A stretch of DNA of 62,912 nucleotides, filler included, from Pelomyxa schiedti (lineage: Eukaryota; Protista; Evosea), in the NCBI GenBank assembly GCA_020536535.1. It is 9 parts of 9 records of this genome, joined end to end, with 100 filler letters (N's around TTAATTAATTAA, not from the genome) between each part and the next. Parts side by side here need not be neighbours in the genome. Positions count along the whole stretch, not along the records: positions 1 to 14,047 come from JAHLWZ010000019.1; 8 more parts are not named here. One strand, 5' to 3'. A program made the position numbers and the translations under genes. Shown piece by piece: positions 1-10,949 of the stretch. Below the pieces are notes generated by a model, which made no database searches, was not told the DNA's origin, and saw only the letters and a program-made list of their open reading frames with translations. Position 1 is the first letter of the stretch, and each line of letters opens with the position of its first letter.

Positions 1-33
1 ACTTATTTCTTTTAAAATAAAAGAAGTAAGGGT

Positions 34-249
34 ACCTCCGTGACGCAGTTGCATTGTGGTCGGTGATGCGGCCGAGTCACCGAGGGTGCTGGACACGTCG
101 CACCCATAATCCGCGTCCACGACCTGCAGCGAGCACGACTGCGCCGTCGCCCACCGCGATTCCGCGAACGTGGTGCTGGCCGCCGGCTGTCCAATCGCCA
201 ACAACAAAAAATACACACAACCCACCACCTTCAACCGGGCTTCATTCAT
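34..249 (-). CDS. First exon of a probable secreted protein; gene continues off the window
   Basis: ATG at 249 reads MNEARLKVVGCVYFLLLAIGQPAASTTFAESRW... (signal-peptide-like), then a GT donor at ~33 and AT-rich intron-like sequence. Confidence 0.4.
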
Positions 250-331
250 CCCAAGCAAACACGTACGTATCTTTGTTCGCCTTTCTTGGAAACGAAATGA
301 TGGGTTGGTGTGGTGATGAGGGTATTAGTGG

Positions 332-2960
332 TTATTCCATGTCCATGCTCTCAGCCCCAGAAGTGGTTCTAATGATACTGCCGTTAGTTTTCTTCTCCTT
401 TTCCTTGTCATCCTCATCCTTCTTTTTTTGCTCCTTGTCCGTCTCTTCTTCAGCCCCCTCATCCTCGTCCTCATCATCCTCATCAGAGCGGAGCTCGTCG
501 GGGGCATATTGTTCAAGCAGCTTGGTTGCTATTGAGACGAGGGGGTGGCTGCTGTTGTGGGCCCACAGTGCGCTCACGGCATCCAACAGGCAAGAATTTG
601 TTGCCCAAATCTTGTTTGGAGTTTCTGTGTCTGTGGCAAGAATGGTTTGAAGTGCCTGGCATTTCCAGTTAATGTATTTGAAGAAGTGAATGGGGGCAAG
701 GAACGCATACTGTGAGCATGGCAACAAGGAGTTTGGCCTCGGCTGCATTGTAACAGTCATGCTCCAGGAGTTCCGCAAATGGTGCGACTATTCCCAAAGA
801 AATCATGTACCTGTCGGAATGTGATCACCCTTTGTGGTTGAAATACCAGCACGGTGCGGTGCTGGTATGGTCATACTGAATTATTTCGGGGTTGTTTGTT
901 TCAATGCAGTTGCAGATAACCCAGCACGCTTCACGGCGAATCACCATATCGCCTGATGACAAGCATTTCACAACGTGTGGAACAACCCCACTTTTGCAAA
1001 GCGTTGCCACTTGTTCCCTGTGGGCGGTGAGGATATCATTGGTTGTATATTATTATTATTTCGAAAGCATACATTGTGCCACTGGCAAGGTTTGAGAGCT
1101 GTGTATTGCGGATGGAAAAGATCAGATCATATCAGGACAGAGAAAAGAGTGCGGGGGTGTTTTTGTGATGATACACACCACCCAGCATGACTCCTTCTTC
1201 AGATCTTTCTTGCTCCCGATCAGACTGCATGCAGAAAAATAAAAGAACAGTAAGAAGAAGGATGCAGTTTATACAAGGGTGTAACAGCCTGAAAAATCCC
1301 GGCGTCAATCAGGACCTGTGTGAGAAACTTGTGATTGAATCGAAGGAGTAGATGATGTGTTGTTGCTTTTCTTTACCTGAGCTTCTTCAGAACTGTGGAG
1401 TTTGATGTTAGCGGCGTTTGTTGTGAGTGTGAATTGAAATTAAATAATTAATTTCACAAAGGGATGAATGTATTTATTGAGTTTGGAGTGATGCAAACCT
1501 TTGGGTGGCAACATCTCCCAATGCTCGCAGAGCAGGAATTTGCAGGTTGTGATTGTTTACCTGGTTGTAGAATGAGTTAAATGTGATAAGGATAAGTTGG
1601 TAATTGCATACGGAAAGAATCTGGACAAGTGTGGGTATAATTCTCCCAGTGGATATGATCAACTTGACACAGGGAAGAGAATCGGACAAGTAAGACAAGG
1701 CCCTGGCAGAATCCATTTGGGTTAATGCTGTCACATTATTTTTTTTTAGGGTGTTGTCTTTTACCAGATAGCATCTGTAATCACGTCCACATCGTTGCAT
1801 TGGAGCAGAGCTTCAAGCGTGGGCATAAAAGAAACTGATTCACCAGGACCTATGAGCCTCCTTAAAAAAAGAAAGTGAACAACGAAGGCGCACTTGGTTG
1901 GAAATAGGAAACATCAGGAGTTGGCTTCCCTCGGCAACCATTGGAAAGAGCCCATGTCTGGAGGGGAAGATAGTCCAAGGAAGTCATGTGGAGGGGTATG
2001 GTGCATACTGCATTCCTCAGGAATGTCATTTGATTCGGGAATCTGATCATTGCTTTGAGCAATGCCGGGAAAAAACCCAATTGAATCATGTAATCCCTCC
2101 GTGCAATACCGTCTCCACAGATGTTTCCCAGTGCCCATGCTGCCTGTGTGTGTTGTGTTAATAATGGTGCTTAGGCATAACGCGCGATTGTTGGTTGCGT
2201 ACGGACCTGTTCACAAACATTCACATTCGGACTTGAGGAGAGCAGGGCAATGACTTGTGGCCCAATTCCACATTTGATCACTTCCTCTGTCTGTTCTGTG
2301 CTGCCACTGCAAACTTGACAAATTAACACACCAGTGGTTGGTTAATCCGAGTGAAATTGAGAGAACAGAAGTACAGACTATTTGCCAAGGCCCAAAGAGC
2401 TTCACATTGAAAATTCGGATCATCTGACTGAACAATAAGTACGCTGTATTTCAAAACACACATACACACCAGAGATAAAAACTGAATGAGACGCGGAACA
2501 ACGCCGGACTTGATGACTTCGTCAATGGGTGGTTCTACAACTACAAAATAATAATGTTCATCACCAATTAATTGTATTATATACATTTGCAATGTTCAAT
2601 AACAGTGAATACCACTTGGGGAACTGAGCATCTTTCTGATTTGAACAGTTCCAGTGAACGCGACGTTGCGATCGCTGGAGTTTGCCGACAAAGCTGCCCC
2701 AGCAACGGTCGTCGTTGGTGCAAGTTCCACCATCCCCGACGTGACCGTGGCTGTTGTTGTTTGTGAGCCTGTTGCATCACCACCACCAGATCCAGATCCA
2801 GATCTCGTGGTTGCATTGCCTCCACCACCATCTTGTTGCGTTTGTCGTTGTCTGTGTTGCTCGTCCCCCCGCTGTTGCTGTGGCGCATTTCCGGAAGCCT
2901 CCTCGTCAAATCTTCGTATTTATTGTTAGTTTGTCTCCCTCTCGACATTGAATCTAGCAT
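332..2960 (-). CDS. Importin-alpha-like ARM-repeat protein, copy 1 (multi-exon, no IBB domain, start uncertain)
   Basis: Spliced exons give PPIDEVIKSGVVPRLIQFLS, EALWALAN, AAWALGNICGD, TWALSNGCRGKPTP, ALSYLSD, PALRALGDVAT, REACWVICN and an acidic tail. The ATG seen in copy 2 (MDEEE) is TTT here; the next in-frame ATG is at 2733. Confidence 0.85.
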
Positions 2961-3008
2961 CTGTTACGCCCATCATCACAGAACAACGACTTTCCCGAAG
3001 AACAAAAA

Positions 3009-4454
3009 ATGTCGTTTCGAGTGACGGGGTGCGTTTCCGCTCGCGACCAATTCGTTGCGTTGGCTGTGGTCCTGGCTTCATCGTCGTCGTCGCGTCGTCG
3101 TTCATCGGCAACATCATCAGCACCAGCAATAGAAACAGCAACCACAACCCCAGCCACTTTGTGCAGTACTGCTGAAAATGTGGGTGGTAGTAGTGGTGGT
3201 GGTGGTGGTGGTTGTGTTGCATTGAATGAGAGGGTACTAGTACCATCAGCATCAGCAGCAGCGAGGATGCTGCCATGGTCTGTGATGGCCCGCATTGGCC
3301 GCGAGTGGGTCACTGCAACGGCGAGGAGGGTGGCCCTGAAGATGCTGTGTGATGATAGCACGGTGTCACAGTACCACATGGTGTGGGTGGTCGTTGGGGT
3401 GTCCCACACCCTCGGGGTCACTGAGGGGCCCAGGGCTGTGGATTACCTTGGCATGTTCAGCCTCGTGTGTGGGTTCATGGCTCATGGTCGCTCGGCTCTG
3501 GTCTGCAGAACTGGGTTCTGTCCCGGTCTGGATGTGATGGTGACTGATGCTGCTGCTGATTCTTGTGGTGCCGGTGGTGTTGGTGGTGGGAGAGGGGCAA
3601 AGGGGGAAGTTGGTGTGACTGGAGTGGAACTTGGGGTGAGGGAAGAACAAAGGAGGTCTCTCTCTGTGTGTTCTGATTTGTTGCTGCACTGGTTCTGCTG
3701 CAATGACAGGTGGGTGGTTGCGCGGTTTCCGGGAGTGGATGAGCTGAGTGTGTGGAGGATGAGTGGTGGTTTGTTCCCAGTGACTGTTCATCCACTCCAG
3801 GTGAAGTTTCCAGAAATTCCTTGCAGAGAAGGTGACAAGTTGAGGATGAAGTTCACAGTCACACAGAGAGGCGGTGTGATTGGGAACGGAAATGAGCTGT
3901 GCGTGCTGAGGGGACTCCAGTATGATTGCTGGAGTATTGAAGTTGTGGACCTGGAGAAAACATACAACAGTGGGAAGATGGTGGTGGTGTGGAGTACAAG
4001 CATTCAGCTTCCCTACTCTGCTGGTGATTTCCATTTCTACATCATGAGCCCAAACCAAGGCGGTCTCTTTGTTCTCTTTTACACAACAGGAGACAAAGCA
4101 GTGCTCGTGGATGTGATGTCAGGCTCAATGTCAGAGTTCAGCAGTTTCTGTGTCCAGCCTGTGAGTGATTCTTACATCCTTGTTTTCAAAACCGCAAGAC
4201 ATGCTCAAGTCTTTCACGTTGCTGATGCGCAGCAGCAAAGGAACCCAGTGAAGGATTGGCTGATAACAGACACCACCATGCAGCTGGGATCACGCCTTGG
4301 CATGGTGTTCACATCAACGGCTGAGTCCTTCAGTTACAGGAACACAGTCAAATTCTATGATGCGCCAACTGGATTCTTCATGTTTTCACTGTACTCGAGG
4401 TCCTGTGGCACTCGTCCAACTGTTTTCCTTGAGGTGGATTCTGACCATCACTGA
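3009..4454 (+). CDS. Intronless family member A1 (481 aa), N-terminal F-box/SOCS-like motif plus beta-rich domain
   Basis: Single ORF with family motifs ARDQFVAL, IGREWV, VSHTLGV, NDRWVV, VVDLEKT, YDAPTG. Confidence 0.85.
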   Translation: MSFRVTGCVSARDQFVALAVVLASSSSSRRRSSATSSAPAIETATTTPATLCSTAENVGGSSGGGGGGCVALNERVLVPSASAAARMLPWSVMARIGREWVTATARRVALKMLCDDSTVSQYHMVWVVVGVSHTLGVTEGPRAVDYLGMFSLVCGFMAHGRSALVCRTGFCPGLDVMVTDAAADSCGAGGVGGGRGAKGEVGVTGVELGVREEQRRSLSVCSDLLLHWFCCNDRWVVARFPGVDELSVWRMSGGLFPVTVHPLQVKFPEIPCREGDKLRMKFTVTQRGGVIGNGNELCVLRGLQYDCWSIEVVDLEKTYNSGKMVVVWSTSIQLPYSAGDFHFYIMSPNQGGLFVLFYTTGDKAVLVDVMSGSMSEFSSFCVQPVSDSYILVFKTARHAQVFHVADAQQQRNPVKDWLITDTTMQLGSRLGMVFTSTAESFSYRNTVKFYDAPTGFFMFSLYSRSCGTRPTVFLEVDSDHH

Positions 4455-4634
4455 ATAAACCAAATTGATTATTGCTTCAATGGCTTCTTAGTGACACAAC
4501 TAAGTACTTGCAACCTTTGCACCCAAAACTGAACGTTGGGGGTGTGTACAGTTCGTTCTGTTTGCAACACTGACAGAAGTGGGTCTTTCCCTCCCTGTGC
4601 AGTTGGCTGTAGCTCCTGGAGGGAAAAAAAAAAG

Positions 4635-4772
4635 TCCGGCAGCTGGGACTTGAACCCAGGACTTCCAGCTTTGGACTCTGGCGCTCTTCCTGAACATCCC
4701 GATTCAATCAGTGGCCTCGAAGAGGTGTCGGTTGGATTGGTTGGGGACTGGCGTTCACTGAGCTACTGCCGG
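4635..4772 (-). ncRNA. tRNA-like gene (CCA at anticodon position) with a ~65-nt hairpin inserted in the D-loop
   Basis: Minus strand: CCGGCAG TA GCTC [73-nt D-loop] GAGC G CCAGA GTCCAAA GCTGG AAGTC CTGGG TTCAAGT CCCAG CTGCCGG A, then C and T10. Acceptor 7/7, D 4/4, T 5/5 paired; A-box and B-box intact. Confidence 0.8.
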
Positions 4773-4935
4773 CATGGTTTTGGGTTTTAACGCCGTTAGT
4801 TTAACCACCAGTTTTTTTCAGGATGTGAATTGTGGGGACCGATACTCTCAAATTAAGCAAAGAATTGGAACTCGGGTTTGATGGGAAAACACTTTCTCCG
4901 AACATCGAAAACCCACTGTTTAGTTAGCTGTGGCC

Positions 4936-5657
4936 ATGTCGTTTCGAGTCACCGGGTGCGTCTACGCTCGCGATCAATTCCTTGCATTGGCCGCGGTCAA
5001 CCTAGCTTCGTCGCAGTCTCCGTCGACGACGTCATCGACCACAACAGCCGCCGCCGCCGCCGTCGTCATTCCATGGTCGGTGATGGCTCGTATTGGCCGG
5101 GAGTGGGTCACCGCGACGGCGAGGAGGGTGGCCCTGAAGATGACGTGCGACGACGACCCATCGTCGCCGTACCACATGGTGTGGGTGGTCGTGGGGGTGT
5201 CCCACACCCTCGGGGTCACAGAGGGCCCCAGGGCCGTGGATTACCTTGGCCCAGGCAGACTCGTATGTGGGTTCATGGCCCATGGAAGCTCGGCCCTTGT
5301 GTGCAGAACTGGGCTGAATCCTGGTCTGGATGTGATGGTGACTGATGCTGCTGCTGATTCTTGTGGTGTCGGTGGTGTTGGTGGTGGGAGAGGGGCAAAG
5401 GGGGAAGTTGTCGTGACTGGAGTGGAACTTGGGGTGAGTGATGACCAGAGGAAGTCTCTGTCATTGTGTTCTGATTTGTTGCTGCACTGAAATTTCCAGA
5501 TACTCCTGGCAGAGAAGGTGACAATTTGAGGATGTGGTTCACAGTCACACAGAGAGGTGGTGTGATTGAGAATGGAAATGAGCTGTGTGTCTTGAGGGGG
5601 TTGCAGTGCGATTGCTGGCGTGTTGAAATTGTGGACCTGGAGAAAACATACAGCAGT
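4936..5657 (+). pseudogene. Intronless family member B1, disrupted by a 112-bp deletion creating TGA at 5488-5490; runs into a scaffold gap
   Basis: Near-identical to 9455-10774 but lacks the segment equivalent to 10003-10114. Its last 121 bp match 13381-13501. Confidence 0.8.
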
Positions 5658-5757
5658 NNNNNNNNNNNNNNNNNNNNNNNNNNNNNNNNNNNNNNNNNNN
5701 NNNNNNNNNNNNNNNNNNNNNNNNNNNNNNNNNNNNNNNNNNNNNNNNNNNNNNNNN

Positions 5758-7427
5758 AAAAGAACAGTAAGAAGAAGGATGCAGTTTATACAAGGGTGTA
5801 ACAGCCTGAAAAATCCCGGCGTCAATCAGGACCTGTGTGAGAAACTTGTGATTGAATCGAAGGAGTAGATGATGTGTTTTTGCTTTTCTTTACCTGAGCT
5901 TCTTCAGAACTGTGGAGTTTGATGTTAGCGCTTGTTGTGAGTGTGAATTGAAATTAAATAATTAATTTCACAAAGGGATGAATGTATTTAGTGAGCTTGG
6001 AGTGATGCAAACCTTTGGGTGGCAACATCTCCCAATGCTCGCAGAGCAGGAATTTGCAGGTTGTGATTATTTACCTGGTTGTAGAATGAGTTAAATGTGA
6101 TAAGGATAAGTTGGTAATTGCATACGGAAAGAATCTGGACAAGTGTGGGTATAATTCTCCCGGTGGATATGATCAACTTGACACAGGGAAGAGAATCGGA
6201 CAAGAAGACAAGGCCCTGGCAGAATCCATTTGGGTTAATGCTGTCACATTGCAAGAAGGGAATTATTTTTTTTAGGGTGTTGTCTTTTACCAGATAACAT
6301 CTGTAATCACATCCACATCGTTACATTGGAGCAGAGCTTCAAGCGTGGGCATAAAAGAAACTGATTCACCAGGACCTATGAGCCTCCTTAAAAAAAGAAA
6401 GTGAACAACGAAGGCGCACTTGGTTGGAAATAGGAAACATCGGGAGTTGGCTTCCCTCGGCAACCATTGGAAAGAGCCCATGTCTGGAGGGGAAGAAAGC
6501 CCAAGGAAGTCATGTGGAGGGTATGGTGCATACTGCATTCCTCAGGAATGTCATTTGATTCGGGAATCTGATCATTGCTTTGAGCAATGCCGGGAAAAAA
6601 CCCAATTGAATCATGTAATCCCTCCGTGCAATACCGTCTCCACAGATGTTTCCCAGTGCCCATGCTGCCTGTGTGTGTTGTGTTAATAATGGTGCTTAGG
6701 CATAACGCGCGATTGTTGGTTGCGTACGGACCTGTTCACAAACATTCACATTCGGACTTGAGGAGAGCAGGGCAATGACTTGTGGCCCAATTCCACATTT
6801 GATCACTTCCTCTGTCTGTTCTGTGCTGCCACTGCAAACTTGACAAATTAACACACCAGTGGTTGGTTAATCCGAGTGAAATTGAGAGAACAGAAGTACA
6901 GACTATTTGCCAAGGCCCAAAGAGCTTCACATTGAAAATTCGGATCATCTGACTGAACAATAAGTACGCTGTATTTCAAAACACACATACACACCAGAGA
7001 TAAAAACTGAATGAGACGCGGAACAACGCCGGACTTGATGACTTCGTCAATGGGTGGTTCTACAACTACAAAATAATAATGTTCATCACCAATTAAATAA
7101 TTGTATTATATACATTTGTAATGTTCAATAACAGTGAATACCACTTGGGGAACTGAGCATCTTTCTGATTTGAACAGTTCCAGTGAACGCGACGTTGCGA
7201 TCGCTGGAGTTTGCCGCCGAAGCTGCCCCAGCAACGGTCGTCGTTGGTGCAAGTGCCACCATCCCCGACGTGACCGTGGTTGTTGTTTGTGAGCCTGTTG
7301 CATCACCACCACCAGATCCAGATCTCGTGGTTGCATTGCCGGCACCATCTTGTTGCGTTTGTCGTTGTCTGTGTTGCTCCCCCCGCTGTTGCTGTGGCGC
7401 ATTTCCGCATGCCTCCTCCTCGTCCAT
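5758..7427 (-). CDS. Importin-alpha-like protein, copy 2 (3' end lost in gap; in-frame ATGs at 7427 and 7487)
   Basis: Close copy of 1241-2960 with small indels. N-terminus MDEEEACGNAPQQQ...RNVAFTGTVQIRKMLS, no IBB. Confidence 0.85.
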
Positions 7428-7525
7428 CCTTCTCGTATTTATTTCGACTTGTTGGTTTTTCTCAACTCTCGATATTGAATCTAGCATCTGTTACGCCCAT
7501 CATCAACTTTCCCGAAGAACAAAAA

Positions 7526-8968
7526 ATGTCGTTTCGAGTGACGGGGTGCGTTTCCGCTCGCGACCAATTCGTTGCGTTGGCTGTGGTCCTGGCTTCATCG
7601 TCGTCGTCGCGTCGTTCATCGGCAACATCATCAGCACCAGCAATAGAAACAGCAACCACAACCCCAGCCACTTTGTGCAGTACTGCTGAAAATGTGGGTG
7701 GTAGTAGTGGTGGTGGTGGTGGTGGTTGTGTTGCATTGAATGAGAGGGTACTAGTACCATCAGCATCAGCAGCAGCGAGGATGCTGCCATGGTCTGTGAT
7801 GGCCCGCATTGGCCGCGAGTGGGTCACTGCAACGGCGAGGAGGGTGGCCCTGAAGATGCTGTGTGATGATAGCACGGTGTCACAGTACCACATGGTGTGG
7901 GTGGTCGTTGGGGTGTCCCACACCCTCGGGGTCACTGAGGGGCCCAGGGCTGTGGATTACCTTGGCATGTTCAGCCTCGTGTGTGGGTTCATGGCTCATG
8001 GTCGCTCGGCTCTGGTCTGCAGAACTGGGTTCTGTCCCGGTCTGGATGTGATGGTGACTGATGCTGCTGCTGATTCTTGTGGTGCCGGTGGTGTTGGTGG
8101 TGGGAGAGGGGCAAAGGGGGAAGTTGGTGTGACTGGAGTGGAACTTGGGGTGAGGGAAGAACAAAGGAGGTCTCTCTCTGTGTGTTCTGATTTGTTGCTG
8201 CACTGGTTCTGCTGCAATGACAGGTGGGTGGTTGCGCGGTTTCCGGGAGTGGATGAGCTGAGTGTGTGGAGGATGAGTGGTGGTTTGTTCCCAGTGACTG
8301 TTCATCCACTCCAGGTGAAGTTTCCAGAAATTCCTTGCAGAGAAGGTGACAAGTTGAGGATGAAGTTCACAGTCACACAGAGAGGCGGTGTGATTGGGAA
8401 CGGAAATGAGCTGTGCGTGCTGAGGGGACTCCAGTATGATTGCTGGAGTATTGAAGTTGTGGACCTGGAGAAAACATACAACAGTGGGAAGATGGTGGTG
8501 GTGTGGAGTACAAGCATTCAGCTTCCCTACTCTGCTGGTGATTTCCATTTCTACATCATGAGCCCAAACCAAGGCGGTCTCTTTGTTCTCTTTTACACAA
8601 CAGGAGACAAAGCAGTGCTCGTGGATGTGATGTCAGGCTCAATGTCAGAGTTCAGCAGTTTCTGTGTCCAGCCTGTGAGTGATTCTTACATCCTTGTTTT
8701 CAAAACCGCAAGACATGCTCAAGTCTTTCACGTTGCTGATGCGCAGCAGCAAAGGAACCCAGTGAAGGATTGGCTGATAACAGACACCACAATGCAGCTG
8801 GGATCACGCCTTGGCATGGTCTTCACATCAACGGCTGAGTCCTTCAGTTACAGGAACACAGTCAAATTCTATGATGCACCAACTGGATTCTTCATGTTTT
8901 CACTGTACTCGAGGTCCTGTGGCACTCGTCCAACTGTTTTCCTTGAGGTGGATTCTGACCATCACTGA
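7526..8968 (+). CDS. Intronless family member A2 (480 aa)
   Basis: Identical to 3009-4454 apart from one Ser codon and a few synonymous changes. Confidence 0.85.
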   Translation: MSFRVTGCVSARDQFVALAVVLASSSSSRRSSATSSAPAIETATTTPATLCSTAENVGGSSGGGGGGCVALNERVLVPSASAAARMLPWSVMARIGREWVTATARRVALKMLCDDSTVSQYHMVWVVVGVSHTLGVTEGPRAVDYLGMFSLVCGFMAHGRSALVCRTGFCPGLDVMVTDAAADSCGAGGVGGGRGAKGEVGVTGVELGVREEQRRSLSVCSDLLLHWFCCNDRWVVARFPGVDELSVWRMSGGLFPVTVHPLQVKFPEIPCREGDKLRMKFTVTQRGGVIGNGNELCVLRGLQYDCWSIEVVDLEKTYNSGKMVVVWSTSIQLPYSAGDFHFYIMSPNQGGLFVLFYTTGDKAVLVDVMSGSMSEFSSFCVQPVSDSYILVFKTARHAQVFHVADAQQQRNPVKDWLITDTTMQLGSRLGMVFTSTAESFSYRNTVKFYDAPTGFFMFSLYSRSCGTRPTVFLEVDSDHH

Positions 8969-9215
8969 ATAAACCAAATTGATTATTGCTTCTTAGTGTC
9001 ACAACTAAGTACTTGCAACCTTTGCACCCAAAACTGAACGTTCAGCAGTTGGGGGTGTGTACAGTGTGGAGTTCGTTCTGTTTGCAACACTGACAGAAGT
9101 GGGTCTTTCCCTCCCTGTGAAGTTGGAAAACGAGAACACGGAACTGCAGCTTACAAAGTACTTTTCCTGGTACGACTACCCCTGTATCACTGCAAGCGGA
9201 GGGGGAAAAAAAAAG

Positions 9216-9323
9216 TCCGGCAGCTGGGACTTGAACCCAGGACTTCCAGCTTTGGACTCTGGAGCTCTTCCTGAACATCCCGATTAAATCAGTGGCCTCG
9301 AAGAGGTGTCGGTTGGATTGGTT
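9216..9323 (-). pseudogene. 5'-truncated copy of the D-loop-insert tRNA-like gene
   Basis: Same 3' half and most of the insert as 4635-4742. The 37 bp carrying the 5' acceptor strand and A-box are deleted between TGGTT repeats; G26 is changed to T. Confidence 0.75.
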
Positions 9324-9454
9324 CTGGGTTTCCACGCCGTTCTTTTAATCACCAGTTTTTTTCAGGATGTGAATTGTGGGTACAGAGACTCAAATTTATC
9401 GTTTGAGGAACACTTTCTCCGAACATCAACAACCCACTTCTAGTAGACGTGGCC

Positions 9455-10774
9455 ATGTCGTTTCGAGTGACGGGGTGCGTCTACGCTCGCGATCAATTCC
9501 TTGCATTGGCCGCGGTCAACCTAGCTTCGTCGCAGTCTCCGTCGACTACGTCATCGACCACACCAGCCGCCGCCGCCGCCGTTCCATGGTCGGTGATGGC
9601 TCGTATTGGCCGTGAGTGGGTCGCCGCGACGGCGAGGAGGGTGGCCCTGAAGATGACGTGCGACGACGAGCCATCGTCGCGGTACCACATGGTGTGGGTG
9701 GTCGTGGGGGTGTCCCACACCCTCGGGGTCACAGAGGGCCCCAGGGCCGTGGATTACCTTGGCCCAGGCAGACTCGTATGTGGGTTCATGGCTCATGGAA
9801 GCTCTGCCCTTGTGTGCAGAACTGGGCTGAATCCCGGCCTGGATGTGATGGTGACTGATGCTGCTGCTGATTCTTGTGGTGCCGGTGGTGAGGGTGATGG
9901 GAGAGGGGCAAAGGGGGAAGTTGGTGTGACTGGAGTGGAACTTGGGGTGAGCGATGACCAGAGGAGGTCTCTGTCATTGTGTTCTGATTTGCTGCTGCAC
10001 TGGTTCTGCTGCAATGACAGGTGGGTGGTTGCGCGGTTTCCGGGAGTGGATGAGCTGAGTGTGTGGAGGATGAGTGGTGGTTTGTTCCCAGTGACTGCTC
10101 ATCCAGTCCAGGTGAAATTTCCAGATACTCCTGGCAGAGAAGGTGACAATTTGAGGATGAAGTTCACAGTCACACAGAGAGGTGGTGTGATTGAGAATGG
10201 AAATGAGCTGTGTGTCTTGAGGGGGTTGCAGTGCGATTGCTGGCGTGTTGAAATTGTGGACCTGGAGAAAACATACAACAGTGGGAAGATGGTGGTGGTG
10301 TGGAGCTCGAGAATAAAGCTTCCCTTCTCTGCTGGTCGTTGCCCTGGCGATTTCCACATCATGAGCCCAGACAAAGGCGGTCTCTTTGTTCTCTTTTACA
10401 CAACAAGTGACAAAGCAGTGCTCGTGGATGTGATGTACGGCTCGGTGTCAGAGTTCAGCAGCTTCTGTGTCCAGCCTGTGAGTGATAGTTACATCCTTGT
10501 TTTCAAAACCGATCAGCATGCTCAAGTTTTCCACGTTGAGGATGCCTCACAACAGCAAAGGCACCCAGTGAAGGATTGGCTGATCACAGGTGCCACCATG
10601 CGACTGGGATCGCGCCTTGGCATGGTGTTCACATCAACAGCTGAGTCCTTCGCTTACAGGAACACAGTCAAATTCTATGATGCGCCAACCGGATTCTTCA
10701 TGTTTTCACTGTACTCGAGGTCCTGTGTCACTCGTCCAACCGTTTTCCTTGAGGTCGACTCTGACCATCATTGA
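9455..10774 (+). CDS. Intronless family member B2 (439 aa)
   Basis: ARDQFLAL, IGREWV, VSHTLGV, NDRWVV, IVDLEKT, YDAPTG; paralog of A1/A2. Confidence 0.85.
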   Translation: MSFRVTGCVYARDQFLALAAVNLASSQSPSTTSSTTPAAAAAVPWSVMARIGREWVAATARRVALKMTCDDEPSSRYHMVWVVVGVSHTLGVTEGPRAVDYLGPGRLVCGFMAHGSSALVCRTGLNPGLDVMVTDAAADSCGAGGEGDGRGAKGEVGVTGVELGVSDDQRRSLSLCSDLLLHWFCCNDRWVVARFPGVDELSVWRMSGGLFPVTAHPVQVKFPDTPGREGDNLRMKFTVTQRGGVIENGNELCVLRGLQCDCWRVEIVDLEKTYNSGKMVVVWSSRIKLPFSAGRCPGDFHIMSPDKGGLFVLFYTTSDKAVLVDVMYGSVSEFSSFCVQPVSDSYILVFKTDQHAQVFHVEDASQQQRHPVKDWLITGATMRLGSRLGMVFTSTAESFAYRNTVKFYDAPTGFFMFSLYSRSCVTRPTVFLEVDSDHH

Positions 10775-10949
10775 AATTTAAAAAAAAAAAATTGCGTGGT
10801 TCCAATTTGAAACTGGGGCGGATCGGTCCTGACACTTATAATCAGCCACTCACAGGTTTTCCTAATCACGGAAAAAGTGTGTCGGAACCCTGCAATCAGG
10901 ATCTTCTAGATTCCCACTCTGAGTTTTCATTGACTTGCACCTCAGCAAG

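Noticed and set aside
4660-4680. 4-bp anticodon-stem tRNA-Trp as evidence for UGA readthrough
   Set aside because: The unpaired position is 31-39, not the 27-43 pair described for UGA-reading tRNA-Trp; G32 is non-canonical; and conserved genes here use TGA as a stop with no in-frame TGA seen.
3009-10790. Intronless family as an autonomous mobile element
   Set aside because: No transposase, RT or integrase motifs, TIRs or consistent TSDs; short A-runs after some stops are too common in this genome to prove retroposition.
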